A DNA stretch of 64,000 bases from an uncultured Chloroflexia bacterium (GTDB lineage: Bacteria; Chloroflexota; Anaerolineae; CG2-30-64-16). The stretch spans positions 352,001 to 416,000 of the forward strand of contig CAVZDU010000005.1 of NCBI GenBank assembly GCA_963774265.1. The letters are read 5' to 3'. The notes under the pieces were generated by a model, which was given only the letters and a program-made list of their open reading frames with translations, ran no database searches and had not been told where the DNA came from. The position numbers were made by a program, and so were the translations under genes. The stretch's first letter is position 1; every line of letters begins with the position of its first letter. Shown piece by piece: positions 1 to 11,400 of this stretch.

Positions 1-1
1 G

Positions 2-1960
2 CTGATGCCCTGGGATTTGAGCATCCAGGGGGTGACGCCCGCAGACTGGCAGGTCGATGACTGCGTGGCGATCCTGTTGTACATGGGCCGCACGTTTGGG
101 GAGTACGGCGGTGCTGGTGGCAACGAGCTTAACAACCAAAGCTTCTACCAGCACCTGGTGGAAACCTTCGGCAGCAGCCAAGGGGCAGCGATCTTTAACG
201 ACGTGGTCCCGATCGAGGACCCGGCTGCCGCCACGACGATCCAGGTGGCTCCCCCCGCCGGCGCGGCTGGCGTCCAAGTCACGCGTTCGCCGCTGGCCGT
301 TGAAAGTGATCTGCTGGAAGACGCGCAGGCTCGGGAGGCGCGCGTGCGCCAGGCTCGCGAATCGATCGGGGTGCCGACCAAGCTGGGCAGCTTCTGGTGG
401 GCCATCACCGGTGCGCGCTCGTCCACCGGCCGCGCGTTGCTGTTCGGTGGGCCACAGATGGGATATGCGACACCCAATGTCGGCCACGAAATCAGCCTGC
501 ACGGCGCCGGCTTTGATGTGCGGGGGATGTCTGTTGCAGGCGTGCCGGGGGTGCTAATCGGCTACAACGGCCGTCTCGCCTGGAGCATCACATCCGGTTT
601 CAGCGACCAGGTGGACGTCTACGTCGAGACGCTCGATCCGGCCGACCCTTCGCGCTACTGGCAAGGGGGCGCCTGGCACGTCATGGAGCAGCGCACGGAA
701 ACGTACCAGGTGAAGGGAGGCGCTCCGGTCACCGAGACGATCTGGCGCACCGTACACGGTCCCGTCTTCGCGGTGGACCCGACCTCACATACGGCCCTGT
801 CCGAGCGCCGGGCCCACTGGGGACAGGAGCTGGCGGCCTGGCAAGCCTGGCTGCAATTTAACGCCCTGGGAACCGTGGCCGCAGGGTTGGAGGCAATCGA
901 GACTCTCCCGCTCTCGCTGAACTTCTTGTTCGCCGACCAGGATGGGCACATCGGCTATCGCCAGGCTGGGCGCCAACCCGTGCGCGCGTCCGGTTTCGAT
1001 CCCCGTATGCCGTTGCCAGGCACAGGGGAGGCGGAGTGGATAGGCTTCCTGGCGCCTGAGGACATGCCGCACGTGGTCGATCCCGCGGGAGGCGCGCTGG
1101 GCAACTGGAACAACAAGCCGATGCCGGGCTGGCCGAACGGCGACGCGGTCAACTGGGGCGCAGTGGATCGCGTGCAGCGCATCTTCACCCGGCTGGGGGG
1201 CAATGCACCAATGTCGCCGGAGATGGCCAAGGACCTCGCGCCCGACATCGGCCGGAATGACTATCGGGCCGACGCGCTGCTGCCGTACCTGCTCGATGCC
1301 CTCGCGGTCCCCGGGGTCCCGGCCGATGGGCGGCTGCCCCAGGTGAAGCAGATCCTGAGCGATTGGGATCACCGAGCGGACGATGGCGCGGTGGGCGAAA
1401 GCATCTTCAACGCCTGGCGCACGCAGGTCTTTAGCGATACGCTCGGCGACGAGCTGGGCGCCTTCCTGGTCCCGCTTCAGGACTGGTTCAACCCGGTTGG
1501 CGACTCGCTGCTGCTCCGCGCGCTCCAGGGTCCCGCGGCCTCGCTGCCGGTGGTCCACGACTACTTCGACGGCATCGAACCCGAGACGGCCCTGGTGGAG
1601 AGCCTGAGCGCCGCGTTGGACAGCCTGACCAGCAGCTATGGCACGTCGGACATGACCCAGTGGAAATTCGATCCGGGCACCATCGATTTCACGCTGGGTC
1701 CGGCGGTCGTCGCCAGAATCCCCTGGTACAGTCGGGGCTCCTACATGCAGTTCATCGAGCTGACCCGACCTCTGGCGCGGGGCATCAACATCCTGCCACC
1801 GGGCCAAAGCGGCACCGTGCTCGTCGGTTCCGACGGCTACGTTCACGCCGACCCACACTATCTGGATCAGGTTGAACTGGCCAGGACCTGGCAGTATAAG
1901 TCGATGCCGCTTTACTACCCGGCAGCGCTGTATCTGCCGCTGATCGTAAAACTGGAATGA
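2..1960 (+). CDS. Penicillin acylase family (S45 Ntn-hydrolase), 5'-truncated by window edge
   Basis: Beta-chain start LG|SFWWAITG..S.TG.ALLFGGPQM; GVPGVLIGYN, RTVHGPV, NWNNKP motifs; ends LYLPLIVKLE. Confidence 0.9.
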   Translation: MMPWDLSIQGVTPADWQVDDCVAILLYMGRTFGEYGGAGGNELNNQSFYQHLVETFGSSQGAAIFNDVVPIEDPAAATTIQVAPPAGAAGVQVTRSPLAVESDLLEDAQAREARVRQARESIGVPTKLGSFWWAITGARSSTGRALLFGGPQMGYATPNVGHEISLHGAGFDVRGMSVAGVPGVLIGYNGRLAWSITSGFSDQVDVYVETLDPADPSRYWQGGAWHVMEQRTETYQVKGGAPVTETIWRTVHGPVFAVDPTSHTALSERRAHWGQELAAWQAWLQFNALGTVAAGLEAIETLPLSLNFLFADQDGHIGYRQAGRQPVRASGFDPRMPLPGTGEAEWIGFLAPEDMPHVVDPAGGALGNWNNKPMPGWPNGDAVNWGAVDRVQRIFTRLGGNAPMSPEMAKDLAPDIGRNDYRADALLPYLLDALAVPGVPADGRLPQVKQILSDWDHRADDGAVGESIFNAWRTQVFSDTLGDELGAFLVPLQDWFNPVGDSLLLRALQGPAASLPVVHDYFDGIEPETALVESLSAALDSLTSSYGTSDMTQWKFDPGTIDFTLGPAVVARIPWYSRGSYMQFIELTRPLARGINILPPGQSGTVLVGSDGYVHADPHYLDQVELARTWQYKSMPLYYPAALYLPLIVKLE

Positions 1961-2041
1961 TGGCCCACCGGCAATACCGGACCCATGTTCGGTCAAGGTC
2001 TACCTGCCGCGGGTGATTCGCTAGACTGGCATGCGCCAAAC

Positions 2042-4183
2042 ATGACTACGACCCAGCCTATGCGCAGCATGACCTGGAATACTCTGGGCAGCACGCTCCG
2101 GCTGCTCGGCCGGCCGGCCGACATACTCGCGCGGCCTCCGCCGCGAGAACCTGGGCGCCGACCTGTTCGCGGCGTTGACCGTGACCATGGTCGTGCTGCC
2201 GCAGACCATGGCCTATGCCATCTTGGGCGGGCTCCCGCCGGAGGTGGGGCTCTACTCAGCCGCGGTCGCGAGCATCGTCGGCGCACTGTGGGGCTCGTCC
2301 ATCCAGCTCCAGACCGGCCCCAGCAACACTGTTGCGCTGCTGACCCTGGCCGCAATTACCCCGCTGGCAGCGATCGGCACGCCGGGATACCTGGCTGCGG
2401 CCGGCCTTCTGGCTCTCATGGGCGGCGTGCTGCGCCTGGTGATGGGGCTGGCCCGGCTCGGCCTGCTGGTGCGCTTCGTCTCTGATGCGGTCATCGTGGG
2501 CTTCACCGCGGGCGCAGGTGTGCTCATCGTCGGTCAACCAGCTTCCGCGACCTGCTCGGGCTTACTCTGCCATCCACTGCCGAGTTGGTGGAGACGGTGA
2601 AGGCGATCGCGCTCAACCTGAATCAGGCGCACCTGCCCAGCCTGGCGGTGGGCCTGCTGGCGATCGGCCTGATCGTCGGGCTCAGGCGAATCAACAAGCG
2701 CATCCCGGGGCCGTTGATTGCGATCATCGTGGCAGGGGCTGCGGTCGCGCTGCTGGGCCTGGATGTCAGGATGGTGAATGCTCTGCCCCGCGGCCTCCCC
2801 CCTTTCAGCATCCCGCCGCTGACCGATCTGAAGTTGATCGGTCAGCTATCGACCACGGCGTTGTCCGTCGCCGCGATCGGACTGGTCGAGGCGATCTCCA
2901 ACGCGCGCGCCATGGCCAGCCAGACCGGCCAGCGCCTGGACAGCAACCAGGAGTTCGTCGGCCAGGGTATGGCCAACATCGCATGCGGGTTCTTCACCGG
3001 CTGCCCGGTCACCGGTTCGTTCGGCCGCTCCAATCTCAACTTGCAGGCGGGCGCGAAGACACCGATGGCCAATGTATTCATCGGCCTGATGGTCATCATC
3101 GCGCTCCTCTTCGTGGGACCCGCGGCCTCGCTGCTCCCGAGGCCGTCGCTGGCCGGGGTGGTGTTGGTGACGGCCTACAGCCTGATCGACCGCAAGGAGA
3201 TCAGCCGCATCTGGCGCGGGGGCGGCGCCGACCGGCTCACCCTGGTGGTCACGCTGGTGGCCACCCTGTTGCTGCCGCTGCAGTTCGCGATTATGGCGGG
3301 CATCCTGATGTCGTTGGGCGGCTATCTGCTACAGACCAGCACCCCGCGCGTACGCACGGTGCTTCCTACGAAGGATTTTCGTCACTACGAGCACCAGCCG
3401 GGCGTGCAGCCGTGCCCCCAACTGGGCGTCACGGAGATCCTGGGCGACCTGTATTTCGGAGCGGTGCAGCACATCGACGAGCAGGTATATCGCAACCTGG
3501 TCGACCATCCGGGCCAGCGTTTCCTGCTGCTGCGCATGCAAGGTGTTCGTAACTGCGACATCAGCGGCATCCACGCGTTGGAATCCATCTTGCGCGTCGT
3601 ACCACGAGCAGGGCGGCGAGGTCTTCATGTCGCGGGTGCGCCGCCGGTCATGCAGATAGATGAGCGTCCTCCGGTTTTCTGAAGAGTCTCGGGCGAGGAT
3701 CACCTGCTGGCAGATGACTCGGCCATCGACTATCTGTATCATCGTGTGCTCGACCCGGCAATCTGCATCTATGAATGCCCGCTGCGGGTGTTCGAGCAGT
3801 GCCAGAACCTGCCCAAGCAGCTTCATGCAGAGTTTGCGCCGGTGCACCTTGGGCCGCTCACGGCGCCTGCGCCGACGATCGAGCCGCTTGCCCTGTGGCA
3901 GGCGCTGCGGAGCGAAACACCGCCGTTGGCGATCGATGTGCGCGAGCCGCGCGAGTTCGGCCAGGGCCACGTGCCGGGCAGCCAGCTCATCCCGCTGCCC
4001 AAGCTGCTGACCAACCTGGACCAGGTCCCGCGCGACCAGGCCGTGGTGCTGGTCTGTCGCGGCGGCCGGCGCAGTGCGCGGGCCGCCGCCGCGCTACTGG
4101 CGGCTGGCCACCCGAATGTCGCTTCTCTGGAGGGCGGCATGTTGGCCTGGGAGTCTGCCAATTTGCTGGAGGCCAGCGAATGA
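2042..4183 (+). CDS. SulP-family anion permease with STAS and C-terminal rhodanese domain (several frameshifts)
   Basis: PQTMAYAILGGLPPEVGLY, DSNQEFVGQGMANI, GSFGRS, STAS GDLYFG..D.SG, CIYECPLRVFEQC, rhodanese DVREPREFGQGHVPG/CRGGRRS; spread over ORFs starting at 1985, 2175, 2585, 3746. Confidence 0.85.
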
Positions 4184-5202
4184 CCGATCAAATCGATATC
4201 TCGTCCCAACTCGGGCTGGACCTGGTGCGCGCCACCGAGGCAGGCCGCGTTGGCTGCCGGACGTTGGTCCGGCCTGGGGAACCCGAATGAGGCCGAACGT
4301 GCCGGCACGGAGGCGATGATCAGGGTGCTGGAGAGAATCGAGATCGATGGCGTCGTGTGCCTGAGCGAGGGGAGAGCCGCCTGGGCGAAGGGGTGACGTT
4401 CGTCACGGGCCAACATCTGGGCGCCGGCCGCGGCCCGGCGTTGATGTGCTGGCCAAGGCGCTCGAAGGGGGACGACTGCTGGCCGGCGGTTACCCGGGCG
4501 CGCTGGCGACCGTGGCGGTGGCGCCGGCCGGCGCCATCCGGAACCCGCCGGGGATCCGCTACATGGAAAAAATCGTCGTCAATGCAGGAGGTCGCGTCCA
4601 ACGTTGGTGCCCGAGTGTCTGGATGCCCCGGCTGCGTGGACACTGGCGCTGGTGGCGCGTGCCAAGGGAAAGCAGGTCCGTGACCTGGTCGTTTTCGTCC
4701 TGGATCGTCCGCGGCATGCCGATTTGGTGGCCGAGATTCGCGCCGCGGGCGCACACGTCCTGCTGCGCGCCGGCGGCGATGTTGCGGGCGCGCTCGATGG
4801 CGTGACTGCGCGACGGCACGGTCGATCTGCTGATGGGGACGGGCGGTGTGCCGCAAGGACTGATGGCCGCCTGCGCCGTCAAGGCCGCGGGCGGGGCGAT
4901 GCTGGGCAGGCTGGCGCCGCAGAATCCGGAGGAGAAGACTCAGCTGCTCGCCGCATCCCCGGAATTTCGGGGCATCCGCTCTGTCGACGAGCTGGTGAAG
5001 GGAAAGATCGCCTTTTTCTCGGCCACTGCGATCACGGATGGCCCGCTGCTGCACGGCGTGCACTATCGCGGGCGCCGCGCGGAGTCCAATTCGATCATCA
5101 TGCGCGGCTGAGATCGGCGTTCGGCGCATCCTTCAAACCGAGCACTGGGTAAGCGAGCAGGCGCAGGCCGTCACTTTGGACGCGGAGGAATTCGAAAAGT
5201 GA
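4180..5202 (+). CDS. glpX: Class II fructose-1,6-bisphosphatase (GlpX-like), frameshifted
   Basis: LGLDLVRATEA, YMEKIVV, VFVLDRPRHADLV.EIRAAGA, MGTGGVPQG, ATAITDG.LL.GV.Y; ATGA overlap with the SulP stop. Confidence 0.8.
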
Positions 5203-5285
5203 CTGCAATGGCCGCCCGGTTTTGGCAAGACATCGGGTTCGTTCGAAAAGAGCCAGAAAATCGATCCATTGGAAGGAGTATCCAA

Positions 5286-6146
5286 ATGCATTCTGCCCAT
5301 GATCCTCTCGTGACCATCGCACCCGGCGCGGGCGACCTGCCCAAGCTAACCCTCGTTGCGCCGGACGGCGCGCGGGCCGAAGTCTACCTCTACGGCGCGC
5401 ACGTCGCGTCGTGGGTTCCGGCAGGTGGCGAGGAACGCCTGTTTTTGAGCCGGCTGTCCGCGTTCAAGCCGGGCGCGCCGATCCGCGGGGGCGTGCCGCT
5501 GGTGTGGCCCCAGTTCGGGGGGAATGGGCCGCTGCCCTTGCATGGCATCGTGCGCATCCGGTCGTGGGAGCTTGCCTCCGTAGATCTTCAGGGCAGGCGG
5601 GCGATGGTGATCCTCCGCCTGGTCGATTCTGAGGAGACCCGAGGACTTTGGACGCACGCGTTTAAGACCGAGCTGGCCGTCACGGTTGGCGGAACTGAGC
5701 TGACGGTCAAGCTCTCGGCCACGAACACCGGTGCGGCGCCGTTCACCTTCACGACCGCGCTGCACACCTACCTGGCCGTGAAGGACCTCGCCGCGGCTCA
5801 TGTCGACGGGCTGAGCGGCCTGAACTACCGCGATAACGCGGCCGGCGGGGTCGAGGTGCAGGATATCGAGCCGCAGGTGGTGTTCGGCGGTGAGGTGAAC
5901 CGGGTCTATCTCGATGCGCCGGCCGAGGTGCGGCTGGTCGACGGGGATCGCACGCTCATCAGCCGGGCCGCGGGCTTCACCGATGCCGTGGTGTGGAACC
6001 CGGCTGCGGCCAAGTGTGCGACTATGGTCGATCTGGAGCCCGAGGACTACCTCAAATTCGTCTGCATCGAGACCGCGACGGTCGGCGCGCCGGTGGAGCT
6101 GGTGCCAGGCGCGACCTGGGCGGGCAGCCAGACGCTGGTGGCCTGA
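5286..6146 (+). CDS. D-hexose-6-phosphate mutarotase (aldose 1-epimerase family)
   Basis: GAHVASW, PIRGGVPLVWPQFG, HGIVR, ALHTYL, VVWNP, FVCIE; RBS GGAG upstream of ATG 5286. Confidence 0.9.
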   Translation: MHSAHDPLVTIAPGAGDLPKLTLVAPDGARAEVYLYGAHVASWVPAGGEERLFLSRLSAFKPGAPIRGGVPLVWPQFGGNGPLPLHGIVRIRSWELASVDLQGRRAMVILRLVDSEETRGLWTHAFKTELAVTVGGTELTVKLSATNTGAAPFTFTTALHTYLAVKDLAAAHVDGLSGLNYRDNAAGGVEVQDIEPQVVFGGEVNRVYLDAPAEVRLVDGDRTLISRAAGFTDAVVWNPAAAKCATMVDLEPEDYLKFVCIETATVGAPVELVPGATWAGSQTLVA

Positions 6147-6205
6147 AAGCCTGACGAGGCGGCGACCCAGCGGGTCTCCCTTCTTCTCCCGGGAGAGGGG
6201 CAGGG

Positions 6206-6233
6206 GTAGGGGCGACCGGCTGGTCGCCCCTAC
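6206..6233. repeat. GTAG-type REP-like palindrome between convergent genes
   Basis: GTAGGGGCGACCGGCTGGTCGCCCCTAC; overlaps the decarboxylase TAG stop; near-identical core at 61504-61531. Confidence 0.75.
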
Positions 6234-7714
6234 TTCACGACCTCGCGCCCGAGCCGCACGACCTCGCGGACCAGCAGGTCGAAGTCCTCGCGGCGGCTGC
6301 GGTGGTTGGTGATGGCTGCGCGCAGCGCATAGCGGCCGCGCAACGTGGTGTAGGTTGGCGCAGCGACGCCGCTCTCATGCAGCCGGAGGAGGATCTCCTC
6401 GTTGAGCGCGTTGAGTGCGGCGTCGCCCATGTTGGGAAGGCTGCCGCCCTCACGCTTGCCGGGGTTGAAGCGGAAGCAGACGATGTTCAGGTCGACCGGC
6501 GCGATGAGCTCCAGGTCGGGGGATGACACGACCAGCTCCCCCAGGTAGCGCGCCTGGGCCGCGTTCTGCGAGATGAGCCGGCCGTACTTCTCCACGCCAT
6601 GCTCGCGCAACGACATCCAGACCTTCAGCGCTCGGAAATTGCGCGTCAACTGCACGCCGTACTCGTTCGGCCAGCGCGACCCCCCAGCCACGCCGCGCTC
6701 TTGGTGTGCCAGGTACTCAGGCGTGAGGCTGAAGGTCCCGCGGTGCGCAGCCTCGTCACGGACCAGAACGCACCCCGCCTCGAACTGCACATACAGCCAC
6801 TTGTGGAAGTCCAGCGCGAGCGAATCCGCGCGGCGCATGCCCGCGAACTTGGGCTGTAAATCGGGCGCCAGGACGGCCAGCGCACCGATCGCGCCGTCCA
6901 CGTGGAACCACAGCCCTTCGCGCTCTGCAATGTCCGCCAGCCTTTCGAGGGGGTCGATCGCGCCGCTGTTGACCGTGCCAGCGTGTCCGATGAGGCAGAT
7001 CGGCTGTAGCCCCGCGGCGCGATCTGCGGCGAGCGTGGTCTCCAATGCGGGCACGTCGATGCGGTACGCGTCGTCCACCGGGATCAGCCGCAGGCTTTCG
7101 CTGCCCAGCCCGAGCAGTTCCACGGCCTTCTGGATCGAGCTGTGCGCCTCGACTGAAGTGTACACCGTCAGCCGCCCCGTGCAGCCCTGCAGCCCCACCT
7201 TGCGCACATCGAATCCGGCGCGGGTGTTACGCGCCACGGCCAGCCCGACGAGGTTCGCCATCGATCCGCCGCTCACCAGCAGGCCGCTCGCGTCTGCGGG
7301 GAAGCCGAGCAGTGCTTTCGTCCAGTCGATCACCTGCCGCTCGACATAGATGCCGGCGTGCTCGCCGCCGCCCATGTTGGGGTTCATGCCCGCGGCCAGC
7401 ATCTCGGCCAGCATGCCCAGCGCGGTGCCGTTGCCCATGACCCAGCCCCAGAAGCGCGGGTGGGTGTTGCCCATCGCATAGGGCAGGATAGTCTGCTGGA
7501 AGTCCGCGTAGATCTCTTCGGGCGACGCCGGCTCCGTGGGGACGGGCTGCTGGAAGTGTGCCTTCACCTCCGCGGGGACGGGCTGCCACACCTTCCGCTC
7601 GCGTGCGGACTGGAGCCAGGCGAGCATGTCATCCACCATACGGTGGCCGAGTGCGCGCATCGCGCCCCAGTCCTGCGGGTCCAGGGTCTCTTCAGGTTTT
7701 TCGAGAATGCCCAT
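6230..7714 (-). CDS. PLP-dependent group II (aromatic-L-amino-acid-type) decarboxylase
   Basis: HPRFWGWV, SGGSMAN, AHSSIQKA, AGTVNSGAIDPL, HVDGA, DFHKW (PLP lysine), ALKVW. Confidence 0.92.
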   Translation of the reverse strand: MGILEKPEETLDPQDWGAMRALGHRMVDDMLAWLQSARERKVWQPVPAEVKAHFQQPVPTEPASPEEIYADFQQTILPYAMGNTHPRFWGWVMGNGTALGMLAEMLAAGMNPNMGGGEHAGIYVERQVIDWTKALLGFPADASGLLVSGGSMANLVGLAVARNTRAGFDVRKVGLQGCTGRLTVYTSVEAHSSIQKAVELLGLGSESLRLIPVDDAYRIDVPALETTLAADRAAGLQPICLIGHAGTVNSGAIDPLERLADIAEREGLWFHVDGAIGALAVLAPDLQPKFAGMRRADSLALDFHKWLYVQFEAGCVLVRDEAAHRGTFSLTPEYLAHQERGVAGGSRWPNEYGVQLTRNFRALKVWMSLREHGVEKYGRLISQNAAQARYLGELVVSSPDLELIAPVDLNIVCFRFNPGKREGGSLPNMGDAALNALNEEILLRLHESGVAAPTYTTLRGRYALRAAITNHRSRREDFDLLVREVVRLGREVVK

Positions 7715-7748
7715 CGTCAGTCCCTTTCGTTGTCTGCGGTTTCATACG

Positions 7749-7777
7749 AAGATAGCACAATTGTCGTACCAAGTCAA
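7749..7777 (-). promoter_or_regulatory. Sigma70-type promoter for the decarboxylase
   Basis: Minus strand TTGACT-17 bp-TATCTT with extended -10 TG. Confidence 0.6.
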
Positions 7778-7813
7778 CGCAGTGCGTGAATCTGCGCGCT
7801 GGACGAAGCTGGA

Positions 7814-7853
7814 CAAGAAAACACCCGAAGGGCCTGGAAACCCTTCGGGTGTT
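7814..7853 (-). terminator. Intrinsic terminator-like hairpin downstream of the small secreted protein gene
   Basis: 13-bp perfect arms AACACCCGAAGGG / CCCTTCGGGTGTT followed on the minus strand by a U-rich tract. Confidence 0.65.
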
Positions 7854-7930
7854 GATCCATACTGTTTGATCGCCCGGTGTCACTCAGGGGTCACCGGCTC
7901 TCTACGGCTGCTTGTTCAGTAGCCGCCTCC

Positions 7931-8260
7931 TCATTGCACCGCACCTTGCGGCTGCGCCCTCAGTTGCTGCTCGGCCATTTTCTGATACCGCTCCCCCATC
8001 GCCACCCAGCGCGCCTTGAACGCCTCGAAGGCCCGCTGCTGCTTGAGTGCAGCCTGTGCCGCCTGCAGCTTCTGATAGTACAAGCTCATCGCCGCCCAAC
8101 GTGCTGTTTCGGCGGCACGCGCATTATGCGTCATCACCACCGTGGCCGAATTATCCGCATGAACGACGGACGACGTAAAGACGGCCTCTCGAATAGTCAG
8201 TCCCACTACCGCTACCAACGCAATGACGATCAACATCTTGAACCACCGATTCGCTTTCAT
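7931..8260 (-). CDS. Small secreted or membrane-anchored helical protein with duplicated ARWxAMxxxYQK motif
   Basis: GGAGG RBS; basic N-terminus plus hydrophobic stretch; ARWAAMSLYYQK and ARWVAMGERYQK. Confidence 0.75.
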   Translation of the reverse strand: MKANRWFKMLIVIALVAVVGLTIREAVFTSSVVHADNSATVVMTHNARAAETARWAAMSLYYQKLQAAQAALKQQRAFEAFKARWVAMGERYQKMAEQQLRAQPQGAVQ

Positions 8261-8335
8261 CCTAGCCTCCAAACCAGTTTGGCGTTCGCTTGACTGCGTT
8301 CCGCCGTATTGATGCTCTCACGATAGCACGGCGGC

Positions 8336-8413
8336 GCTTGCCAGGCTTGCCATTTCCTACCAAAAATCTCCAAGAGGTCCCTGATTGTATTATTCTGACA
8401 AATATAGTACAAT
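8336..8413. promoter_or_regulatory. Divergent promoter region with direct repeats and an imperfect inverted repeat
   Basis: GCTTGCCA 8336-8343, GCTTGCCA 8345-8352, TCCTACCA 8355-8362; ATTGTATTA/TAGTACAAT 8384-8413. Confidence 0.45.
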
Positions 8414-8450
8414 AACAGTACTTTCAAGGTGAGTTTCCAGAGGAAGCACT

Positions 8451-11400
8451 ATGCCAGCCATTCCGTCCGGCACGTTAGAGAAATTCACGACTTTTGGCGA
8501 TCTGCTGCGCTACCTGAGACGCCGCGCGGGCCTCACGCAGTTGGAGCTGTCGATCGCAGTCAACTACAGTGACGCCCAGATCAGCCGGCTCGAACAGAAT
8601 CTGCGGCTGCCCGACATCCCCACGATCGAGGCGCGCTTCGTTTCGGCGCTTGGGCTGGAAGATGAACCCAAGGCCGTCGCGCGGCTGCTGGAGCTGGCTG
8701 CCAACGTCCGCCGCGAGGACGCACCCGGGCCGGGGCTCTGTCCCTACAAAGGATTGGATTGTTATGAGGAAACGGACGCGGATCTGTTCGTCGGGCGCGA
8801 AACGCTGACCGCGAAGCTGATCGAGCGCGTCCTTACGCTCAGCTCCGGCCCCATGACGGGTCCCTCGCGATTCCTCGCCATCATCGGGGCTTCGGGCAGC
8901 GGCAAATCCTCCCTCGTCCGGGCCGGCTTGGCGCCTGCGCTGCGCTGGAACCGGGTCTCGGCGGGGTGGCCCATCCACGTCTTCACTCCCACGGCCCATC
9001 CTCTCGAAAGCCTGGCCGCCAGTTTGACGCACGACGCAGGCTCCGTGGCAGCCACGGCCAGCCTGATGGATGACCTGGCGCAGGAGCCGCGCAGCCTGGG
9101 CCTCTTCAGCCGGCGGGTGTTGAAACTGTCCGGCGCGTCGCATCTCGCACTGGTGGTCGATCAGTTCGAGGAGTTGTTCACGTTGTGCCGGTCTGATGAC
9201 GAACGATCCATGTTCATCGATAACCTGCTCACCGCGGCGAGCGAGACGGACGGCCGCGTGGTCGTCGTCATCACCCTGCGCGCGGACTTTTATTCCTATT
9301 GTGCGGACTACCCACAACTACGGGAGGCGTTGGCCGGGCAGCAAGAATACATCGGCGCGATGGATGCGACGGAGCTGCGCCGTGCCATCGAGGAGCCTGC
9401 TCGCCGCGGGCGGTGGGACCTTGAGCCCGGCCTGGTCGATCTGCTGCTGCGCGATGCAGGCCAAGAGCCGGGTGCGCTTCCGTTGCTGTCACATGCCTTG
9501 TGGGAGACGTGGCAGCGCCGGCGGGGACGCACACTCACACTGAGCGGATACACCTCATCGGGCGGTGTGCGTGGGGCCATCGCCGAGACCGCGGAGTCCG
9601 TGTTTGCGGATCAGTTCACGGCCGAACAGCGAAAGATCGCGCGTCGGATCTTCCTGCGCCTGACTGAGCTGGGCGATGAGACCGCGACGGGCGACACGCG
9701 GCGCCGCGCCACGTTTGACGAATTGATCGCGAAACCGGATGAAGCGGCCGTCACGCAGTCTGTGTTGACGATTCTGGCCGACGCCCGTCTGATCACCACC
9801 AGCGAGCACTCTGCCGAGGTGGCGCACGAGGCGCTCATCCGTGAATGGCCGACGTTGCGCGGCTGGCTCACGGAGAATCGGGAAAGCCTGCGCCTGCACC
9901 GGAACCTCGCCGACGCGGCGCTCGAATGGCTGAAGGCGGGCCGCGAGCCGGACTTGTTGTACCGCGGTGCGCGGCTCTTCCAGGCACGTGAATGGGCCGC
10001 GGCCTACGATGAAGAGCTGAACGCTCAGGAGCGCGAGTTCCTGGCTGCATCCAGTAGTCTCAGCGAACGCGAGGTTGCGGAGCGCGAGGAGCAGCGCCAG
10101 CGTGAGCTCGTCGCCGCGCAGAAGCTGGCCGATGCCGAAAGGCAACGAGCTGAGGAGCAGTCCTGTTATGCTGCACAGCTTCGCAAGCGGGCCGTCTTTC
10201 TGGCCGGGGCATTCACCGTGGCGCTGGCGATGGCATTTGTGACGCTCTATTTCGGTTCGCAGGCGCGGCAGGCCGCGGCCGCGGCGCAAAACGAGCGCCG
10301 CATCGGTTTCTCGCGGGAACTGGCCGCGGAGGCGATCAACAACCTGGCCGTAGACCCCGAGCTGAGCATTTTGCTCGCGATGCAAGCGGTGTCGGTGACC
10401 TATGCTCAGGACCGGACCGAGACGGCCGAGGCAGAAGACGCCCTGCGCCGCGGCCTGTTGGCATCGCGCGCGCGGCTGACCCTGTCGCCTTCTGGCTCCA
10501 AGGGCCGGGCCTGGGCCGTGGCCTTCAGTCCCGCGCCTCCTGGCGGCGGCACAGACGGCGAGCTCCTGGCCGCCGCCAGCGATGACGGAACCGCGCATAT
10601 CTGGTCCGCCGCGACGGGCCACGAGCTGCTGGTCCTGCCCACCAACGCCACGCGCGGGCACCAGGGCATCGCCTTTAGCCCGGCGCCGCCGGGCGGCGGC
10701 ACAGGCGGGACGCGCCTGCTCACAGCCGGCGAAATGGGCCTGGCCAAGGTGTGGGATGCGGAGACGGGTGCGGCACTGCTGAACCTGATCGGCCACACGA
10801 ACTGGGTTACGGGCGTTGCCTTCAGCCCGGATGGGCGACGCCTCGCCACGGCCAGCGAGGATCGGACGGCAAGAATCTGGGACGCGGTGACAGGCCAGCC
10901 CCTGCTTGTCTTAACGGGCCACACAGCCGAGGTGTCCGATGTGGCGTTCAGCCCAGACGGGACGCGCGTGGCCACAGCCGGGGCGGACGGGATTGCGATC
11001 GTGTGGGATGCGGCGAGCGGCGAGCGGCTGCTCACCCTCTCCGGCCACACCAACGGCGTCGTCGCCATCGCGTTCAGCCCCGCGCGGCCTGGCGGCGGCA
11101 CAGACGGCGCGCGCCTGGCCACGGCCGGTGACGACGGGACGGCCAGGCTGTGGGACGCGACAGGCCGGCTGCTCCTGACCCTGCGCGGTCACACGGATGC
11201 GGTCTCGGATGTGGCCTTCAGCCCGGATGGACGGCGGTTGGCGACGGCCGGTGTCGACGGCAGGGTGAAGCTCTGGGACGCCGCAACCGGGCAGGAGTTG
11301 CTGACCCTCTCCGGCCCGTCGGGCGCGGTCTCTGGCCTGGCCTTCAGCCCGGATTGCCCGACGCCTGCTGGGGATGCTGCGCAAGACCAACTGGGCGCCT

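Noticed and set aside
785-1996. Long antisense and alternative-frame ORFs (for example 785..1996, 18384..19961, 29641..31128, 34802..36082)
   Set aside because: Shadow ORFs typical of high-GC DNA, opposite well-supported genes and without recognisable motifs.
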